Positions 60,652-64,000 of a stretch of 64,000 bases of DNA are shown in pieces. A model generated the notes under the pieces. It had not been told where the DNA came from, did not search any database, and worked only from the letters and a program-made list of their open reading frames with translations. The stretch spans positions 184,947-248,946 of the forward strand of contig CANLVD010000005.1 in NCBI GenBank assembly GCA_947494445.1. Reading direction: 5' to 3'. Source of the DNA: an uncultured Rhodobacteraceae bacterium (GTDB lineage: Bacteria; Pseudomonadota; Alphaproteobacteria; Rhodobacterales; Rhodobacteraceae). Within the stretch, counting starts at the first letter, position 1. Every line of letters begins with the position of its first letter. The translations under genes and the position numbers were made by a program.

Positions 60652-62352
60652 ATGGAACCGTCCAGAAACAACAAGTCCAAGAAAAATCGTGGAGCGCCAT
60701 TCCTGGCGACGGCGCTGTTTCTCGTTGTGGGGACAGCCGTTCTTGCCGGGGCAGTCAGTCTGGGCGACTACGCCAAACATATTTTCCGAAACAAGGAATT
60801 CGAAACCAACCCGATCATCGCCGGTTCCGAGGATGACGATCTGCCCATGCTCATGCGCGGCAACCTGCCAACGGTTACCAACAGTCTGTCTTTTGGTACG
60901 AAAAAGCGCGAGCGTGTTCCACGCATGTGCGAGATGCCCAAAAATTACTATGAAAAGAACCCGTGGCCTGAAGACCTGGTGGTCGGGTATCAAAGAGACA
61001 ACAGTTATGTACGCCCGTACCGTCCCAATCGTGGATTTCTGACCGAGCGGGAAATGGCTGCGGCACGGGTCGCTTGGCACTACTTCGAGTCCTTCACTCA
61101 GGAAAATACCGGATTGGCAAATTCGGTGGGTAACTACCCCTCAACAACCCTGTGGGATACGGCATCCTATATCAGCGGTCTGGTTGCTGCGTATGAACTT
61201 TGCATCATAGAAAAGCCCGAGTTCGACAAACGCGCCTATGCGTTGCTGACAACATTCAAGACCCTCAAGCTTTTCCGTCGCGAGATGCCCAACAAGGTGT
61301 ATCAGACCAAGACAGGCGAGCAGGTGGACTACACCAACAAGCCTGGCGAAGTCGGGTATTCTGCACTGGACATCGGACGCTTTATGGTCTGGATGCGCAT
61401 ACTCAAAAATAGATACCCTTATCTTGGAAACACGATCGATAGTGTTTTGCTCCGGTGGGACTACTCGCGCATTTTTGATGCTGACGGTCTCATGTATGGC
61501 GCGCGCATCGACAAGGAAACTAACGAGACCCTTTACGATCAGGAAGGCCGCCTTGGCTACGAGGAGTATGCTGCAAAGGGATTTGCGCTCTGGGGTTTTC
61601 AACCCAGGCTGGCGCATAGGGCTGAGCCGTTCCTGATGGCCAGTATCTTCGGAATTCAGGTGCCCTATGATGGACGGGACCCCCGTGTATTTCACTCGCA
61701 GAATTATGTGGTTACAGAGTCTTATCTGCTTGATGGATTGGAGTTGAACTTTGATCTTCCGCATGATGATACCAGCCCCGACTGGGTTCATTCCGACGGT
61801 TGGAGAGCAGAATTTGCCGACCGGATCTACCAGGTTCAGGAAAACCGGTACCTAAGAACGGGATTCATGACGGCTCGGTCAGAGCACAACGTCAAAGGCC
61901 CTCCGTATTTCACCTATGATACGATTTTCTCGGATGGGTATCCTTGGAACACTGTCACGCCAAGGGGCGATTACGCCCCTGACCATGCAGCCATTGCTTC
62001 AAAAGCGGCATTGGGGATCTGGTCGCTATGGAAGACAGACTACAGCGGTCTTTTGTTCGATGCGATCATCGACCTCTACAACCCGGAAAGCGGTATGTAC
62101 GAAGGCCTTTATGAAGGCGGTCAGGGACGGGTCGAGATCTATACCGCCAACAACAATGGCATCATTCTTGGTTCACTTTTGCACAAGGTTCAGGGAAAAA
62201 TCCTGACCCCTTACAATGGCCCGACCGAAGTCTGGTATACCGCATTCCGTGATCGCGACATCCGGCTGGTCAGAAACCTTCCTGATCCACCGCAACGCGA
62301 AGACTGGCTTCCAGCTTTGCGTCACTCAACCCAACTGGAGCTAGACTACTGA
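60652..62352 (+). CDS. membrane-anchored periplasmic protein, six-hairpin glycosidase-like (DUF3131-like)
   Basis: N-terminal TM helix (FLATALFLVVGTAVLAGAV), then a domain of about 480 aa with motifs such as TTLWDTASYISGLVAAYEL and SALDIGRFMVWM. Family assignment is from memory. ATG 60622 is an alternative start. Confidence 0.6.
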   Translation: MEPSRNNKSKKNRGAPFLATALFLVVGTAVLAGAVSLGDYAKHIFRNKEFETNPIIAGSEDDDLPMLMRGNLPTVTNSLSFGTKKRERVPRMCEMPKNYYEKNPWPEDLVVGYQRDNSYVRPYRPNRGFLTEREMAAARVAWHYFESFTQENTGLANSVGNYPSTTLWDTASYISGLVAAYELCIIEKPEFDKRAYALLTTFKTLKLFRREMPNKVYQTKTGEQVDYTNKPGEVGYSALDIGRFMVWMRILKNRYPYLGNTIDSVLLRWDYSRIFDADGLMYGARIDKETNETLYDQEGRLGYEEYAAKGFALWGFQPRLAHRAEPFLMASIFGIQVPYDGRDPRVFHSQNYVVTESYLLDGLELNFDLPHDDTSPDWVHSDGWRAEFADRIYQVQENRYLRTGFMTARSEHNVKGPPYFTYDTIFSDGYPWNTVTPRGDYAPDHAAIASKAALGIWSLWKTDYSGLLFDAIIDLYNPESGMYEGLYEGGQGRVEIYTANNNGIILGSLLHKVQGKILTPYNGPTEVWYTAFRDRDIRLVRNLPDPPQREDWLPALRHSTQLELDY

Positions 62353-63926
62353 TGAACAGCAAAAAACTCAGAATGTTGTTGATTGCATCCATCATTGTTG
62401 CAGCAACTCCAACTCATCAGGCTGCTGCACAATCAAATGCAGGACCAGAGAGATTTGACTCCGAAAATGCGGTACTGGACACGTCCAAGCCATTTGCCAT
62501 AGGCGCTACTGAGGCTGAGCAGGCCATTCGCGGAGCTTTTGGATGGCCGGTTTTTCAAGAAGGCATCGTTGCTGGCGCATATTTCCGGTTTGATCCGGAC
62601 GGATACGCACGTTTTGGCCCTTCGCCGCGGCTCGACAGGGATGTCTGGGAGGTAACCTGTGTTGCCCGCACTGTGATCTGTGCAGCCAACAAGATGGGTG
62701 TCGAGGTGGCGCTGACGGATCAGGGCATGATGCAAATGGCCATCTCGGGATTAACTGTGCAGGACACTTTTTTTCTGTCAGACGGGACGTCTGAATTGCC
62801 CTTGCCACCAAGGGTGTTGGAGCCGCTTGATGATCGGCTTGAGGCGCTCCTGATTTCTGGTGGCAACCTTGTTGTTCGTCGTGAAAACGAAACCATTCAT
62901 GACATCAGCCTCAATGGTCTGGGCGCCGTTGTCCCGTATTTGCGGTGGGTTGCCAACAAGCAGGATTACTCTGTTTTGCCTGTTAACTGGCCGATCCCGA
63001 ATTCTGGAAACCAGATTAGTAAAGGGTTGACACAGGTTGCGGACTGGAACGGAAATGGTGCGCCTCCACAGAATTTGCAAACGTCCTGGGCAATGCGAAA
63101 CCAGCAGAATACCGCTCCGAGCGGAGGCTTTGACCAGCAACATCAAAGAGGGAACCAGCCGGTCAATGTTACAATCGTGCCAGGCTTGATGGGCGCAACC
63201 CAGTCCATGCAACAGGCAGGTCTCGGTTCGACAGGATCTGCCGGTGGCAACGAGCTGAATTCTGAGATCTCCCGTCTTGAAGGGCAAATTGCCCAACTTC
63301 AGCAGGCATTCAACAAGGATGCTGAGGTAGCCGGAACGAACTCAGTTGGTCAGCTTCAGTCCAGTTCAAATCAAATGACCCCAACACCGCAAGCAACTCC
63401 ATCAGATGCTATGGGCAGTGATAGCCTCCGACCTTATCTGGAGGAAATTCTGGTTCGTTTGGCTTGGATTCAAAGTGTTTTGCAACCGATTGCTCATGAT
63501 CATGCGCAGGTGTCTGCGGCGCAAAGTGCAGCTCCACACCATTCCACAAGTTCCAGTGGTGTGCTGCAAATGGCCTCTCCAGGACAGCTGGAAACCATGC
63601 CAAGCATAGCCTTGAACCAGATTGCCGGGTTGACGGCTGCTCCAAGTCCTCTGGAACACTCACAAAACAACGCACTGGTTCCCGCCATGCCGTCACTCCA
63701 GCAATCACCCGTTCAGGCTAGCGCTGGGATCTCTCCCGAACTTGAGATGGAAAAGGCTTTGATTGAACGTATTCTGCTTGAACTGGATGAAGGTCAGTCA
63801 GGAAACGCACCCCAAGCGGCAGAGCTTGCACCTGTGGTCACTCCGCAAATTGCCGGCCAAGCTCCTCAGGGAGAGTTCAAGGCAATCACAGATTTCCTGA
63901 ACGAAGCCATGTCGTCAGGCGGCTAG
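62352..63926 (+). CDS. secreted protein with a globular N-terminal half and a Q/S/P-rich low-complexity C-terminal half
   Basis: TGATG overlap with the upstream gene. Signal peptide MNSKKLRMLLIASIIVAATPTHQAAA and a short coiled-coil segment (EISRLEGQIAQLQQAF). Confidence 0.6.
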   Translation: MNSKKLRMLLIASIIVAATPTHQAAAQSNAGPERFDSENAVLDTSKPFAIGATEAEQAIRGAFGWPVFQEGIVAGAYFRFDPDGYARFGPSPRLDRDVWEVTCVARTVICAANKMGVEVALTDQGMMQMAISGLTVQDTFFLSDGTSELPLPPRVLEPLDDRLEALLISGGNLVVRRENETIHDISLNGLGAVVPYLRWVANKQDYSVLPVNWPIPNSGNQISKGLTQVADWNGNGAPPQNLQTSWAMRNQQNTAPSGGFDQQHQRGNQPVNVTIVPGLMGATQSMQQAGLGSTGSAGGNELNSEISRLEGQIAQLQQAFNKDAEVAGTNSVGQLQSSSNQMTPTPQATPSDAMGSDSLRPYLEEILVRLAWIQSVLQPIAHDHAQVSAAQSAAPHHSTSSSGVLQMASPGQLETMPSIALNQIAGLTAAPSPLEHSQNNALVPAMPSLQQSPVQASAGISPELEMEKALIERILLELDEGQSGNAPQAAELAPVVTPQIAGQAPQGEFKAITDFLNEAMSSGG

Positions 63927-63969
63927 CATGACACTGAATTGCTTCGCTCTTGATGCCCAGAGGTAGGCT

Positions 63970-64000
63970 ATGCCAGACGCTTCGATGAGCAAGGCATCCG
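63970..64000 (+). CDS. 5' end of the next operon gene (truncated by the window)
   Basis: ATG at 63970 about 7 nt after AGAGG (MPDASMSKAS...). Only 10 codons are visible. Confidence 0.25.
   Translation, partial: MPDASMSKAS

Noticed and set aside
62352-63926. RTX-type type I secretion substrate next to the ABC/HlyD pair
   Set aside because: No GGxGxD nonapeptide repeats are present, and the protein has a classical Sec signal peptide. Both argue against a T1SS cargo.
53155-64000. Genomic island or prophage with integrase, tRNA attachment site or flanking direct repeats
   Set aside because: No integrase, transposase, phage gene, tRNA or obvious direct repeat is visible at the left border, and the right border is outside the window. 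The locus is therefore treated as accessory on composition and content only.

Overview
High-GC chromosomal segment whose gene content and order fit an alphaproteobacterium, probably Rhodobacterales/roseobacter-like (inference, no search run). About 53 kb is ordinary, densely packed core genome. In order it holds: a sugar ABC uptake fragment; recR, a KAS III-like gene and ybaB; a PilJ-like periplasmic protein; dnaX; an unlisted SRP RNA (ffs); nudC; pheA; cytochrome c; yejABEF peptide uptake; and a TPP-riboswitch-controlled thiY-like/tenA/ABC thiamine-pyrimidine salvage operon. It continues with rpsD, msrA, prmA, the conserved ruvCAB-ybgC-tolQRAB-pal-ybgF-tilS-ftsH block, fhs-folD and a dimethylglycine/sarcosine dehydrogenase-family gene. 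A short intergenic repeat (core GCCTCCGGCGnG..TATTT) occurs four times, always on the same strand. From about 53.2 kb to the window end the sequence looks more AT-rich and antisense shadow ORFs become shorter. This part is an accessory locus with no integrase or tRNA in view. It starts with a perfect CtrA box (TTAA-N7-TTAAC) placed over the -35 position of a TATAAT promoter, followed by a small orphan gene and a divergent OmpA-like gene. A co-directional, partly translationally coupled operon follows: acyltransferase-3; a STAS + sugar-nucleotidyltransferase-like + hexapeptide fusion; an ABC exporter-like protein with degenerate catalytic motifs and an extra C-terminal RsbW/SpoIIAB-like domain; a HlyD-like adaptor; a membrane-anchored DUF3131/six-hairpin-glycosidase-like protein; a secreted Q/S/P-rich protein; and a truncated next gene. 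I read this as a candidate undescribed envelope glycan/secretion module with partner-switch parts fused into its components. All family assignments come from reading motifs by eye and need HMM or structure confirmation.
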